Positions 38,918-48,549 of a stretch of 64,000 nucleotides of DNA are shown one piece after another. The DNA is from an uncultured Planctomycetales bacterium (GTDB taxonomy: Bacteria; Omnitrophota; Gorgyraeia; Gygaellales; Profunditerraquicolaceae): positions 45,128 through 109,127 of the forward strand of contig CAZRVK010000007.1 of NCBI GenBank assembly GCA_964603585.1, given 5' to 3'. The first letter of the stretch is position 1, and every line of letters begins with the position of its first letter. The notes under the pieces were generated by a model that made no database searches, was not told where the DNA came from, and saw only the letters and a program-made list of their open reading frames with translations. The position numbers and the translations under genes were made by a program.

Positions 38918-39856
38918 TCAGAAAACCAAATCGGATAAACTCTTTAGTCTCAACTTTTTCTCTCTAAGACTCTGAGCCATATTTTCGAGCCCTAGATGTT
39001 CAAACTGAACTCTGATATCTGTCAATTCCAGTAATAAATTAGCTGCCATAAGTAAAGATAAAATAATTCCCTTTTTATCTTCCTTTGGGTTAATGTCCAT
39101 TTGATCTGGCTTATCTTTAAATAGGCTTGAACCTATATGGGTATTATGGGTAGACATTGATAGATACCGATAACTTGCATTCATATCTTCTTTATTACTA
39201 CAATAATTAAGTATGGCTTCGGCACTTGGGTATTCAGGCTTAAACCAAAATGCCTTTGGTTTAGTTCTTTTTAGAAAATTATTTATATAAATCTCGATTT
39301 CTTTTCTATCCTTGGAAGACAACCTAATTTTAAGATCCTCGAGCTGCTGCTGTTGGAATCCTCTCAGATCATCCTTAGTTTCTGAAGAATGGATTAAATC
39401 ATTCAAATAATCATTCGCATAATATCGAAATGCCCAGTATTCGCTATTCTCTCTTGTTATCACTATATAAAACATTAGGCATTCCATTAAACTCCTTAAA
39501 ATAACGGCAGCTGTCGAAGACCATCCATTTTCGCAAAGTGATAGTACACTTCTATATAATTCGATTGCTCTAGTAGCAATACGATATAAGGCAGAGCGGG
39601 TTAGAATATTTTTATTCTTATCTTTACTAGGAGGATTGTATTTTTGAAATGAAATTTTATTTGCTTCTATTGCGAAATCGAGAACGTCATTATAAAATTC
39701 AAGAAATGGCTTAAATCTTGGGGAGTTTAAATTTGTAAAAGTGGCAGTTCCCTTAATAAAACCTCGCTTATAACCTTCTTTAAATCCACGGTGAATCCCT
39801 CGTTTATATATAATTCCCCAAACTAATTTTATTCTTTCAAAGAATATTATTCCCAT
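38918..39856 (-). CDS. hypothetical protein (island cargo)
   Basis: 312 aa, no recognisable motif. Confidence 0.3.
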   Translation of the reverse strand: MGIIFFERIKLVWGIIYKRGIHRGFKEGYKRGFIKGTATFTNLNSPRFKPFLEFYNDVLDFAIEANKISFQKYNPPSKDKNKNILTRSALYRIATRAIELYRSVLSLCENGWSSTAAVILRSLMECLMFYIVITRENSEYWAFRYYANDYLNDLIHSSETKDDLRGFQQQQLEDLKIRLSSKDRKEIEIYINNFLKRTKPKAFWFKPEYPSAEAILNYCSNKEDMNASYRYLSMSTHNTHIGSSLFKDKPDQMDINPKEDKKGIILSLLMAANLLLELTDIRVQFEHLGLENMAQSLREKKLRLKSLSDLVF

Positions 39857-39985
39857 TAAGTTTAACTTTAAGAATATAAAAAGGGGCTAATAACCAAATA
39901 ATCCTCCCTCCCTATTATTGATGACTTCTATTCTTAACAATCAATATCAAATAATCGTTCGTTTGTTTGGTAGAGAAATTCATCT

Positions 39986-41905
39986 TTATAATCCCCTATC
40001 CTTAATATATTTTATACCCGAAACGGGTTTAATAGGTGCATCCTGTAAGAATCTAGTTATTACCCTATGCAGCACTTTATCAACCCTTCCAGTAAAAGCT
40101 TGAGGACCTATTCTTCTTTCACAATAAGTCATAAAAATGGCTTCTTTAGCTCTACTCAATGAAACAAACAGCAACCTTCTTTCATCTCCTATTTCATCTC
40201 CTTCGTAACGTCCAGGAATAACTTGATCTTCAACACCTACTATTATAACAACTGTGGCTGTTAAACCCTTGGCTTTGTGCATAGTTAGAATATTAATTTT
40301 ATCATCTTCCATTTCCTGTTCTATTTCTTCGTCTGAAGATGATAAGTTTCTTAATAAACTAGGCAAATCTCCTGAATCAGTTTCGACGCAAATTTTCATT
40401 AGATATTCAACTTCTTTTTCGATATTTATAGGATAAATCTTACTGAGATTAAGTATCTTTTTAAGCAATTCTTTATTATCTTTTGCATCTTTGAATTCAT
40501 CATCCAATTGTTCAATCAAACGTAAATTTTCATTAATTTCTGATTTTAGACTTTCGCTAAAGCCACCCGTATCTTCTTCTTTAATCTTTATTAGGCATTC
40601 AGTAAAAGTCACCCCATTATCAAGACATTGTTTAAAGATTTTTGCTAGGGTTTCTACCCCGACATTATTATTTCTTAATTGTAAAATCGTTCTCCAAGCA
40701 AGATGATCAAATTGATTATGAACTAATTTAAGATGCGCTAACAATAAAAGACCCGTTTTTGCTTCTAGAGGATTATCATTTTCAATATTAACGTGAACTG
40801 GAAGACCCAATAATTCTAATTTATCTTTTATTGGACTGGACATTACTCCATGAAAATCGGACCGCAACAAAATTAAAATTTCTCCTGCTTCAACCTGACC
40901 ACCCTTAATTAACGAAAAGCATATTTTAGCTATAGCTTCGGCTTCTGGATATTGGTTATCAAATCTTAGTAATTCTACATTACCCTTTGGAGCTCCAGGA
41001 GGAATTTTCATTCCCTTCCCCCGTCTAAGTCTTTTGGTATCTAAATCAGCTACAAACTCGCTTATCTTTAATATTTCTTCGCCACACCTCATACAAGTTT
41101 CGAGCTCAAGCTCTTCAGTTGGAATATAGTCTATCGAGAATCGTCTTATCCCATCAGGGTGAGCAAATCTAAATCCATAAATACTTTGATCATCGTCTCC
41201 AGCAACAAAAATTGACGCATCGAGCTTTTCGGATAGTGTTTTGATAACAGACAAGTCGCATCTATTCAAATCTTGATATTCATCAACAAGAATATGAGTA
41301 AATTTCTTCGCAAGCTTAAAATCTCCTGTTTGTTCTACTGCCCTTTTAAATTGATAGACTAATTCCGATCTCAAGGTATATCCAAACTTTTCTCTGTGTT
41401 CTCTCCAAGCTCCGAGAAATACTGGGTCTGAAAATCTCTTTTCCCAATCAGCGTCATCTGCTTTTAAAGTTTGCCAATCCGCAGATAAAAAAGCAAATTT
41501 AGTCTGAATTTCTTTTATTGGACAAGACAATGTCTTTTTTAAATCTTCCTGGATTATATTCCGCTCTTCCCAATCACTGGCTATTCTTAAAGGTTTGGGG
41601 AGCTTTTCGATAATCTTTGCATTATGTAAAATCTGACTTAAGGCGAACGAATGTAACGTTACTACATGCGGCAAAAGTTTAGCTTTCCCTAAAAGAATTC
41701 CTATTCTTTTTCGTAATTCAGCTGCGGCGGCTCGGGTAAAAGTTAATACTAGAATGTTATCGGGCTCAATCTTAGCTTCTTCAATCAAATACTTTACTCG
41801 ATATGTTATTGTTCTAGTTTTTCCTGTTCCTGGGCCAGCTAAGAGCCGGATAAACTTACTATCCGATTCACAAGCTTTTTGTTGTTCGGGCAATAATTCC
41901 CCCAT
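39986..41905 (-). CDS. UvrD/Rep/PcrA-family SF1 DNA helicase
   Basis: Walker A AGPGTGKT, motif II DEYQD, motifs III-VI in order. Confidence 0.8.
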   Translation of the reverse strand: MGELLPEQQKACESDSKFIRLLAGPGTGKTRTITYRVKYLIEEAKIEPDNILVLTFTRAAAAELRKRIGILLGKAKLLPHVVTLHSFALSQILHNAKIIEKLPKPLRIASDWEERNIIQEDLKKTLSCPIKEIQTKFAFLSADWQTLKADDADWEKRFSDPVFLGAWREHREKFGYTLRSELVYQFKRAVEQTGDFKLAKKFTHILVDEYQDLNRCDLSVIKTLSEKLDASIFVAGDDDQSIYGFRFAHPDGIRRFSIDYIPTEELELETCMRCGEEILKISEFVADLDTKRLRRGKGMKIPPGAPKGNVELLRFDNQYPEAEAIAKICFSLIKGGQVEAGEILILLRSDFHGVMSSPIKDKLELLGLPVHVNIENDNPLEAKTGLLLLAHLKLVHNQFDHLAWRTILQLRNNNVGVETLAKIFKQCLDNGVTFTECLIKIKEEDTGGFSESLKSEINENLRLIEQLDDEFKDAKDNKELLKKILNLSKIYPINIEKEVEYLMKICVETDSGDLPSLLRNLSSSDEEIEQEMEDDKINILTMHKAKGLTATVVIIVGVEDQVIPGRYEGDEIGDERRLLFVSLSRAKEAIFMTYCERRIGPQAFTGRVDKVLHRVITRFLQDAPIKPVSGIKYIKDRGL

Positions 41906-42116
41906 TTTTTCTCCTTTTACGCTATCATCATTTTAAATATAGCCTTTATCCACATGTCATATTAGCAAGGCTCAATCATAATTTACATTATACAACTTCT
42001 ATTGCAAAATAATATAGATTTAGCAAGAAAAGTTCGACATTTGCGTACTGAACAATGCTCGTGACATGTTAACCTGTTTTTGCCACTTAATAATTTTTCT
42101 ACTCGAAAATGTGGAA

Positions 42117-42368
42117 CTAATCTAATGGCGGGAAATAACCAGTAGACAAATATTGTAGTAAATGGCTGTGTAAATCTTCGATTGATAAAGCTTTAATCTT
42201 TTTTATAAACTCCACGTCTAAGGCTTGGTTAAGCCGTTTAACTATATCTTTATCTAATTCTTCTGAACTCATTTCATTTATTTTCTTACCATTAATAGTA
42301 ATTTCTTGCGTTTTTTGCATATCGATTGTACACTTTTCTATCAAATTTAATCTTTTTATAATCTTCAT
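42117..42368 (-). CDS. hypothetical small protein
   Basis: 83 aa. Confidence 0.25.
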   Translation of the reverse strand: MKIIKRLNLIEKCTIDMQKTQEITINGKKINEMSSEELDKDIVKRLNQALDVEFIKKIKALSIEDLHSHLLQYLSTGYFPPLD

Positions 42369-42369
42369 G

Positions 42370-42750
42370 TTAAAACCTCCTATTTAATTTTGTTTTTTCT
42401 TCCAAACTATCTATCCTTGCTTCAATATCTTCTAGTTCTATACTTTTAAACGCATAATCAAGTATATCTTTACAAACTAGGCGTTTTAGATCTGCCTTTT
42501 CATTATCAATAAGCTTAACTAATTCATCTACAGCCCGAGATATAGCGCTCTTTAACCTAAAACGTGCTTCTTTGGTAATTTCATTTCTTTGCCGACTCAA
42601 CTCTGCTTTAAAAGCTTCCTCTTTTAACCAGGTATATAAAGTTCCCTTGCTTATTTTAGACTTTCGCCTAGCCTCTTCTAAACTACAAGATGAGAGGATT
42701 TGATTAATTGTTAACAATTGTCTAGTTGTTAAAGCGTTTTTCTCTGCCAT
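42370..42750 (-). CDS. terminase small subunit-like HTH protein
   Basis: N-terminal ALTTRQLLTINQILSSCSLEEARRKSKISKGTLYTWLKEEAF resembles TerS N-terminal DNA-binding domain. Confidence 0.4.
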   Translation of the reverse strand: MAEKNALTTRQLLTINQILSSCSLEEARRKSKISKGTLYTWLKEEAFKAELSRQRNEITKEARFRLKSAISRAVDELVKLIDNEKADLKRLVCKDILDYAFKSIELEDIEARIDSLEEKTKLNRRF

Positions 42751-42831
42751 TTTGCTTAAAACCGTATAATTTGGTTTAGTTTAGTCTACCAATAGCCTCT
42801 TTTATATTAGTCGTATTATCCATAACTCAAG

Positions 42832-43014
42832 TTAGGTATTCTGAGAAATACGGCCCTTTCTACCGCCTATTCCCTTCCGGTTAGGATTCTTGCCAAATCG
42901 GTAAACGAAAAAATGACAATCTGCACTTTCACAAAACCGCACAGCTTTCGGGCTGTTTCCTTGGCAATCAAGACACCAAACTCTAATAGCTCTTAATGGA
43001 GTTAATTGTTTCAT
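42832..43014 (-). CDS. small zinc-ribbon protein
   Basis: CLDCQG...CESADCH four-Cys cluster. Confidence 0.3.
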   Translation of the reverse strand: MKQLTPLRAIRVWCLDCQGNSPKAVRFCESADCHFFVYRFGKNPNRKGIGGRKGRISQNT

Positions 43015-43459
43015 TTGTATTCACCTCCTTATATCGCCTTAATCGGCTATTTATTCTAAAGAATTCTAGATTATCGCTATTAAAAACGCACTTATCTGCT
43101 AAGTATTCGCTAGCAGGATAGATAATTCTGCTATGATCATAGGGTTTAACTTTTGACAGCCCAAACGCTTTCTGACACTCTTTCTCAAGAGCAGGCGCTA
43201 AAACAGGATTAATTCCTTTTATGAGAGCATGAATATGATACCCCTCCCCCTTTATTGTTTTCTCGAAATAAACCCAACTAAGAATGAATTTCTCATAGTA
43301 TACCTTGTCCGGTTTATTCAAAAACTTAAAGAATCTCTTGAAGCTTTTCATTGCCGTATCCAAGCTCACACTTCTTCTAAAAGTTACCGTAAACCACAAA
43401 TCGGCTCCGAGCCTTTCCACAAATTCTTTAAACCCCATTTTAAGTTTATTCTTTTCCAT
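42983..43459 (-). CDS. HUH-superfamily rolling-circle replication initiator (Rep)-like protein
   Basis: Motif I-like FTVTF, HUH motif YHIHALIKG, downstream Tyr (EYLADK). Confidence 0.5.
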   Translation of the reverse strand: MEKNKLKMGFKEFVERLGADLWFTVTFRRSVSLDTAMKSFKRFFKFLNKPDKVYYEKFILSWVYFEKTIKGEGYHIHALIKGINPVLAPALEKECQKAFGLSKVKPYDHSRIIYPASEYLADKCVFNSDNLEFFRINSRLRRYKEVNTNETINSIKSY

Positions 43460-43639
43460 TTTTCTTCCTTCCTCTTACCCCTACCAACTGAACAGCTTGC
43501 CACATGGCCCGGATTACTTCGGGAGAGGTATAATGAGCGTTTATGGTAGACTGGCGGGCCGATTCGTACTCTTCGTCAGTTAGGAGATCTTTAAGTTTAA
43601 CCATTCTCTCTACGATTCTCTCTTTATAATAAGATTCAA

Positions 43640-43752
43640 GTCAGCCCTCCTGAGGCTGATTCAACCTAAAACATCAAACCAAAACTAACCTTGCAGCTGG
43701 AATATGCCGAACCGCAAGTCGAGAAAAACACCACCAATTCACCACCAATTCA
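43640..43752. promoter_or_regulatory. putative origin region upstream of rep: hairpin plus CACCACCAATT iterons
   Basis: Inverted repeat tcagcc-tcctga-ggctga at ~43643-43662; tandem caccaccaatt x2 at 43728-43750. Confidence 0.4.
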
Positions 43753-43893
43753 ATAAAAAAAGCCACTTCATAGATATTGTCATATCTTGAAATGGCTTTA
43801 CTTTACTTGTTATATAACTATCTGATTCTAATAGATGTTGCGGTAATTTAAATAGGTATTTATTGATATACCGCCACTTACCATAAAAAGTAT

Positions 43894-43920
43894 AACGGAG
43901 AGGCAGGGATTCGAACCCTG
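43894..43920. repeat. att-type direct repeat (within tRNA-Ser 3' end; island right boundary)
   Basis: Matches 28822-28848. Confidence 0.65.
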
Positions 43921-43980
43921 GGAGCCTTGCAGCTCACATGTTCTCCAGACATGCCCGTTCGACCGCTCCGGCACCTCTCC
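43896..43980 (-). tRNA. tRNA-Ser (anticodon GGA)
   Basis: 85 nt class II cloverleaf, acceptor GGAGAGG/CCTCTCC, anticodon loop CTGGAGA, long variable arm, T-loop TTCGAAT. Confidence 0.85.
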
Positions 43981-44066
43981 TAAATCTAAAACTCCTTACA
44001 ATCTTATAATTTAAGACGATTAAGTATATCATATCGCCTGCAAATAAACAAATCTTAAGTAAGATT

Positions 44067-44849
44067 TCACCGCAAAAATCGTATCACCTTTGAGGTAAAT
44101 ACATCCGGACGCTCAACATGCAGGCAATGACCGGCATCTTCAATTTCTTCAAAAACACTGCCCTTGATCTCTTTTAAAAGCTGTCTGGATTCTTTAGGGT
44201 AAATAAGTATATCATCACTGCCTGCGATAACAAGGGTTTTTGCCTTAATATCCTTGATCCGCGTACAGCCATTAAATGATGCAATAGCAACGATCTGGGC
44301 CTTAAATCCTTGAACTGACTGTAAGTATGGATATGCCGACGCATTCTTTATAAACGTCTCCACATAATTCTTTCGCTCAAATGTCTTCGGAGAAAATAAC
44401 CAGTATGTCCATGATCGCATGAATCGCTCATTATCCCGGTCATTTTTTAACTGCCTTAGGAAATCGCTGAATAGCACATTATTCCGGGCCGATGAAACAA
44501 AAGCCGTGGCTTCAAGTATAAGCCGATCGATACGTTCAGGATAATATGCGGCAAGCACTTGAGCAATATAACCACCCATGGAGTGTCCTAGAACATGGCA
44601 TCTCTTTATTTTTAAACTATCTAAAAGCCCAGCCGCATCATCGGCCATTTTACGGATCGAATATTTTCCCTTTGGAACTCCACTTCTGCCGGAGGCACGG
44701 TTATCAAATACTATGACACGGAAATGCTTTGCAAGTTTAGCGCATACGCCGGCCCAGCTTGCGCTATCTGCCGCCAGCCCTGCTATCAATAAAAGCGGAT
44801 CGCCTTTTCCATACACCTCGTAGTAAAGTGAACAACCTTTTATTTTCAT
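44067..44849 (-). CDS. alpha/beta-fold hydrolase
   Basis: Nucleophile elbow GHSMGG, HGxx oxyanion region; start set at MKIKGC. Confidence 0.75.
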   Translation of the reverse strand: MKIKGCSLYYEVYGKGDPLLLIAGLAADSASWAGVCAKLAKHFRVIVFDNRASGRSGVPKGKYSIRKMADDAAGLLDSLKIKRCHVLGHSMGGYIAQVLAAYYPERIDRLILEATAFVSSARNNVLFSDFLRQLKNDRDNERFMRSWTYWLFSPKTFERKNYVETFIKNASAYPYLQSVQGFKAQIVAIASFNGCTRIKDIKAKTLVIAGSDDILIYPKESRQLLKEIKGSVFEEIEDAGHCLHVERPDVFTSKVIRFLR

Positions 44850-44851
44850 TA

Positions 44852-45340
44852 TTATTTCTCCGGCATTACGGAAGAATGATGGCTGACAATCAACCACTGC
44901 CGACCATCCCACCGATATGTAAAACTATAGCGCCCGCTTACCACCTCTTTTGTCTCCGCAAAGGTAAACGTGTATAACCCGGAGTCTACCGCCATATCAC
45001 AACCTATTGCGATCCGACGAAAATCGATTTTAGCAAATGGACGCTTTTTAAGAAAGTGAAGAAAATAATCTTCTTTTTCAGCGGATGTTAATCGCGGCTT
45101 ATTCGAAACTGTCGCTAAAAGGATTGAATCCTCGGCATAAAGCGCGACGACTTTAGCGGGATCACCAGTCTGCAATGCCTGATTCCACCGGTCAAAAAAA
45201 CCTGCAATCTCTACTTCGCTTACAGGCTGGCAATGTTTGCGATTCGAGGCTAATGAAAAAGATGGGCTTGTTTGGCTGGAAGCACATCCAAGAAGTGTTA
45301 CCAGGGCAATAGAACATATTATATTCGGGATTTTTTTCAT
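44852..45340 (-). CDS. lipoprotein with NTF2/SnoaL-like domain
   Basis: Lipobox LLGCAS; FFDRWNQALQTGDPAKVVALYAEDSILLATVS resembles SnoaL/CaMKII-association (NTF2-like) fold. Confidence 0.45.
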   Translation of the reverse strand: MKKIPNIICSIALVTLLGCASSQTSPSFSLASNRKHCQPVSEVEIAGFFDRWNQALQTGDPAKVVALYAEDSILLATVSNKPRLTSAEKEDYFLHFLKKRPFAKIDFRRIAIGCDMAVDSGLYTFTFAETKEVVSGRYSFTYRWDGRQWLIVSHHSSVMPEK

Positions 45341-45350
45341 AATGAAGATC

Positions 45351-45440
45351 TGGCGGAGAGTGGAGGATTTGAACCTCCGGTCGTCTTACGACGACAACGG
45401 TTTTCGAGACCGCCGCATTCGACCACTCTGCCAACTCTCC
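45351..45440 (-). tRNA. tRNA-Ser (anticodon CGA), CCA encoded
   Basis: 90 nt class II cloverleaf, anticodon loop CTCGAAA, 3'-CCA present in DNA. Confidence 0.85.
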
Positions 45441-45495
45441 AATGATCTTGAATGAAAGTTATGAAAAAGCGCGACCTGATCAAAATACCTAAAAC

Positions 45496-46368
45496 TTAAT
45501 CCTTAAACCTTTCAACTCTGTCTATATCAGCCTTTTTTATGGAAATCCCCATCTTACCGCTGCTCGACTCTAATTCTAATTCGATTGTCTGGCTGTCTTC
45601 TCGAAGCACCTCTCCCTGAAAGAGGCCTCCTGACTTTAAATATATCTTTGTAAGAGACTCTTTTGACTTACCTGGCGCTGGTGTACTGACTTGCGCAGGC
45701 GCCTTCAGAAGATTCATCTTAACCAATGCAGATTTAAAATACTTAGTGACGGCTGTATCGGGAAACTTAAGTAAAAAGCTTAATGACAGTAAAATCAATA
45801 AAAAAGCAATCGCTATTCCGAAAATCTCCTCGGCTTTCTTAAAACGTATCTGCTTATAGCTAACGATTTGTCCATGATGATATCCATGTTTCTTGGCAAA
45901 ATACATCGCATCATCCGCTTTTTTCAACAAAACATCAGTAGCATCTGCATCGGCCGGGAACTCCGCAATTCCGCCGCTAAAGACGATCTTGTAGCTGTGC
46001 CCTTTAACAAAGAAATTCCTGCTGTTAAACCGCTTGCTTATTCCCTGGGTTAAAGAAAAAACCTGTTTTGCATTCTTTTCAGGAAAAACTATCACGAATT
46101 CATCTCCGCCAAAACGAAAGATGTCTCCATCAAAACGGCAAACAGCTTCTCGCAAAGAATTAGCGAAGAATTTCAGCAAATCATCTCCCGCAAGATGGCC
46201 GAACTTGTCATTGAACGATTTGAATTTATCTAAATCAATGATCAACAAAGCAAAAGGGGTTTTGTTCATTTGGCTGTCAATAGACAACTTGGCCAGAAAA
46301 TCGTATAAATCCTCTTTAGTAAAACAACCCGTTAAAAAATCCTTTTTATAAACTGTCCTGTCGATCAT
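45496..46368 (-). CDS. GGDEF diguanylate cyclase with TM segment and C-terminal domain of unknown function
   Basis: RFGGDEF active-site motif, then one TM helix and ~90 aa tail. Confidence 0.75.
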   Translation of the reverse strand: MIDRTVYKKDFLTGCFTKEDLYDFLAKLSIDSQMNKTPFALLIIDLDKFKSFNDKFGHLAGDDLLKFFANSLREAVCRFDGDIFRFGGDEFVIVFPEKNAKQVFSLTQGISKRFNSRNFFVKGHSYKIVFSGGIAEFPADADATDVLLKKADDAMYFAKKHGYHHGQIVSYKQIRFKKAEEIFGIAIAFLLILLSLSFLLKFPDTAVTKYFKSALVKMNLLKAPAQVSTPAPGKSKESLTKIYLKSGGLFQGEVLREDSQTIELELESSSGKMGISIKKADIDRVERFKD

Positions 46369-46402
46369 CGAATTGAGGTTGTACTCCGGTTAAGCAACAT
46401 TA

Positions 46403-46492
46403 TGGCGGTGGGGCTGGGATTCGAACCCAGGGTGGACTTACGCCCACAACAGTTTTCAAGACTGCCGCATTCGACCGCTCTGCCACCCCACC
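46403..46492 (-). tRNA. tRNA-Ser (anticodon UGA), CCA encoded
   Basis: 90 nt class II cloverleaf, anticodon loop CTTGAAA. Confidence 0.85.
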
Positions 46493-46572
46493 CAGGTTTA
46501 TCGTTATACCAGCAGGTAATATACTTGTTGCTGGACGTTTAAACCCACCTTATAAAATCAAAGATCGATATT

Positions 46573-47274
46573 CTATTTATTAACGACAAAGAGCTGTGTT
46601 ATAACTGCGTCCAGTATCCCGCGAGCAGTCTGATATGCGCCATTGCAGAATTCGACAAAAGAAAATTCGGTAAACATGCAATTTAATATACCGGCTAACA
46701 AACCAAGATTTATTATATAGATCAGTGAAAAACCAAAAATGTAATTGGATTTGAAAAAATCATCCTTTTTACCGCGCATGGTTTTAGCGCTAAAGACAAG
46801 ATGCAGAGCAATACTCATGCCTAACAGAAAAATAAAATAATTAACTGCCTCTTTATCTAATGCCCAGGAGAAAAAACAATACACTAATGCCAGGATGATT
46901 GTATATACCGGCAGAAGGTATGGGGCTACCTTAACCAGGGGCTTAACAAATCTGAAAAACAGCTCCAGCAGTTTTTGGCCTTTAGTATAAAGAACTACCG
47001 GCTCCCAAATAAACAAATAGACCGAAACCATGACAATTACACCCTGCCAGAAATAATCCTGTGGTATTTTATCAACCCTGCCTAATTGGGTTAAAAAAGA
47101 AACCGTTGTTGAATAAACAATCGGCAAAAAACATATCCCGAGGATAAATTTAATAAAAACAAACAGTTTACGGCCAAAACCCGATGCCTTGGCCTTTATC
47201 CCCTCGCCTATCCCGGGCGGACCGGAAGGCTCATCTTCAAACCTCGCGAATTTAGGAAATTCTTTCTCTTCCAT
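46573..47274 (-). CDS. hypothetical polytopic membrane protein
   Basis: 233 aa, ~6 TM helices. Confidence 0.35.
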   Translation of the reverse strand: MEEKEFPKFARFEDEPSGPPGIGEGIKAKASGFGRKLFVFIKFILGICFLPIVYSTTVSFLTQLGRVDKIPQDYFWQGVIVMVSVYLFIWEPVVLYTKGQKLLELFFRFVKPLVKVAPYLLPVYTIILALVYCFFSWALDKEAVNYFIFLLGMSIALHLVFSAKTMRGKKDDFFKSNYIFGFSLIYIINLGLLAGILNCMFTEFSFVEFCNGAYQTARGILDAVITQLFVVNK

Positions 47275-48529
47275 CTAAATATGGCCTCAATACTTCAGGA
47301 ATGAGTATTGAGCCATCCTTTTGTTGGTAATTCTCTAATATTGCGATCACTGTACGGGCCAAAGCAAGCCCGGAACCATTTAAAGTATGCACAAATTCCA
47401 CCGTCTTGCGTCCGTCGAGAGCCGTTGACCTGAATTTGATATTTGCCCGGCGGGCCTGAAAACTCTCAAAATTACTGCAACTGGATACTTCTAACCATTT
47501 ATCTACACCGGCTGCATAAGCCTCTAAATCATAGCATTTCCCGGCAGAAAAACTTAAATCCTGTGTCGCCAGCATTAAGACCCGGTAAGGCAGGCCCAAC
47601 AGTTGTAAAACCTCCTCGGCATTATTGACTAATTTCTCCAGTTCATCATAAGAGGTTTCCGGACGGACAAATTTTACCATCTCGATCTTATCAAATTGAT
47701 GCACCCGCATTAAACCTTTAGTATCTTTACCATAAGAACCTGCCTCTCTGCGAAAACAGGCGGTATAAGCAGTATAATAAATAGGCAATTTATCGCCGTC
47801 TAAAACTTCATCACGAAAAATATTGGTCACCGGCACTTCGGCAGTAGGGATCAAAAACAGGTCATCATCTTTTAGCTTATACATATCCTCTTCCAGCTTC
47901 GGAAGCTGCCCGGTCCCGGTCATCGAAGCACGGTTCACTAAAAACGGAGGGAATATCTCGGTATATCCGTGTTTTTTTGTATGCAGATCAAGCATGAAAT
48001 TGATCAATGCCCTTTCCAACCGAGCACCCCAGCCTTTATAAAGCACCCAGTTCGAGCCGGTAATCTTCGTCGCCCGCGGTAGATCAATAATATCGAATTT
48101 CTGGCTGATCTCCATATGCGTCGCTGGCTTAAAATCGAATTTAGGGGGATCTCCCCATGTACGCACAACTTTATTACATGAAGGGTCTCCCCTGGGAATA
48201 GATGCATGCGGGATGTTCGGAATAGTCAAAATAAGCCTGTCTAACTCTTCTTCGAATGTCTTCAGTTCTTTTTCCAGAACACCGATATTCTGGGAGATCA
48301 CCTTCATCGACTCGATCTTGGGTTTGGCGTCGCGTTTTTCTTTTAATAAAACCGCGATCTCGTCATTAGCTTTATTTTTCTGCGACCTTAAATCTCCCAG
48401 TTCACTCAATACTTTTCTGCGGGAATCATCAAGCTTCAGGAAATTATCCAGGTCAATCTTTAAGTTGCGGTCAATTAACGCCTGTTTTACTAAATCCGGG
48501 TTTTCACGAATGAACTTTATATCTAACAT
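47252..48529 (-). CDS. serS: seryl-tRNA synthetase
   Basis: 425 aa, N-terminal coiled-coil arm, class II motifs 1-3 (FRRE, GSALARTV-type segments). Confidence 0.9.
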   Translation of the reverse strand: MLDIKFIRENPDLVKQALIDRNLKIDLDNFLKLDDSRRKVLSELGDLRSQKNKANDEIAVLLKEKRDAKPKIESMKVISQNIGVLEKELKTFEEELDRLILTIPNIPHASIPRGDPSCNKVVRTWGDPPKFDFKPATHMEISQKFDIIDLPRATKITGSNWVLYKGWGARLERALINFMLDLHTKKHGYTEIFPPFLVNRASMTGTGQLPKLEEDMYKLKDDDLFLIPTAEVPVTNIFRDEVLDGDKLPIYYTAYTACFRREAGSYGKDTKGLMRVHQFDKIEMVKFVRPETSYDELEKLVNNAEEVLQLLGLPYRVLMLATQDLSFSAGKCYDLEAYAAGVDKWLEVSSCSNFESFQARRANIKFRSTALDGRKTVEFVHTLNGSGLALARTVIAILENYQQKDGSILIPEVLRPYLDGRERIS

Positions 48530-48549
48530 TTTACCCTCTTTTAAAAAAC

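Noticed and set aside
39986-41905. Helicase as the missing HsdR of the type I system
   Set aside because: Motifs are SF1 UvrD/Rep-type (DEYQD, AGPGTGKT), not the SF2 DEAD-box-like HsdR translocase, and it is separated from hsdMS by three genes. It more likely partners the HUH Rep.
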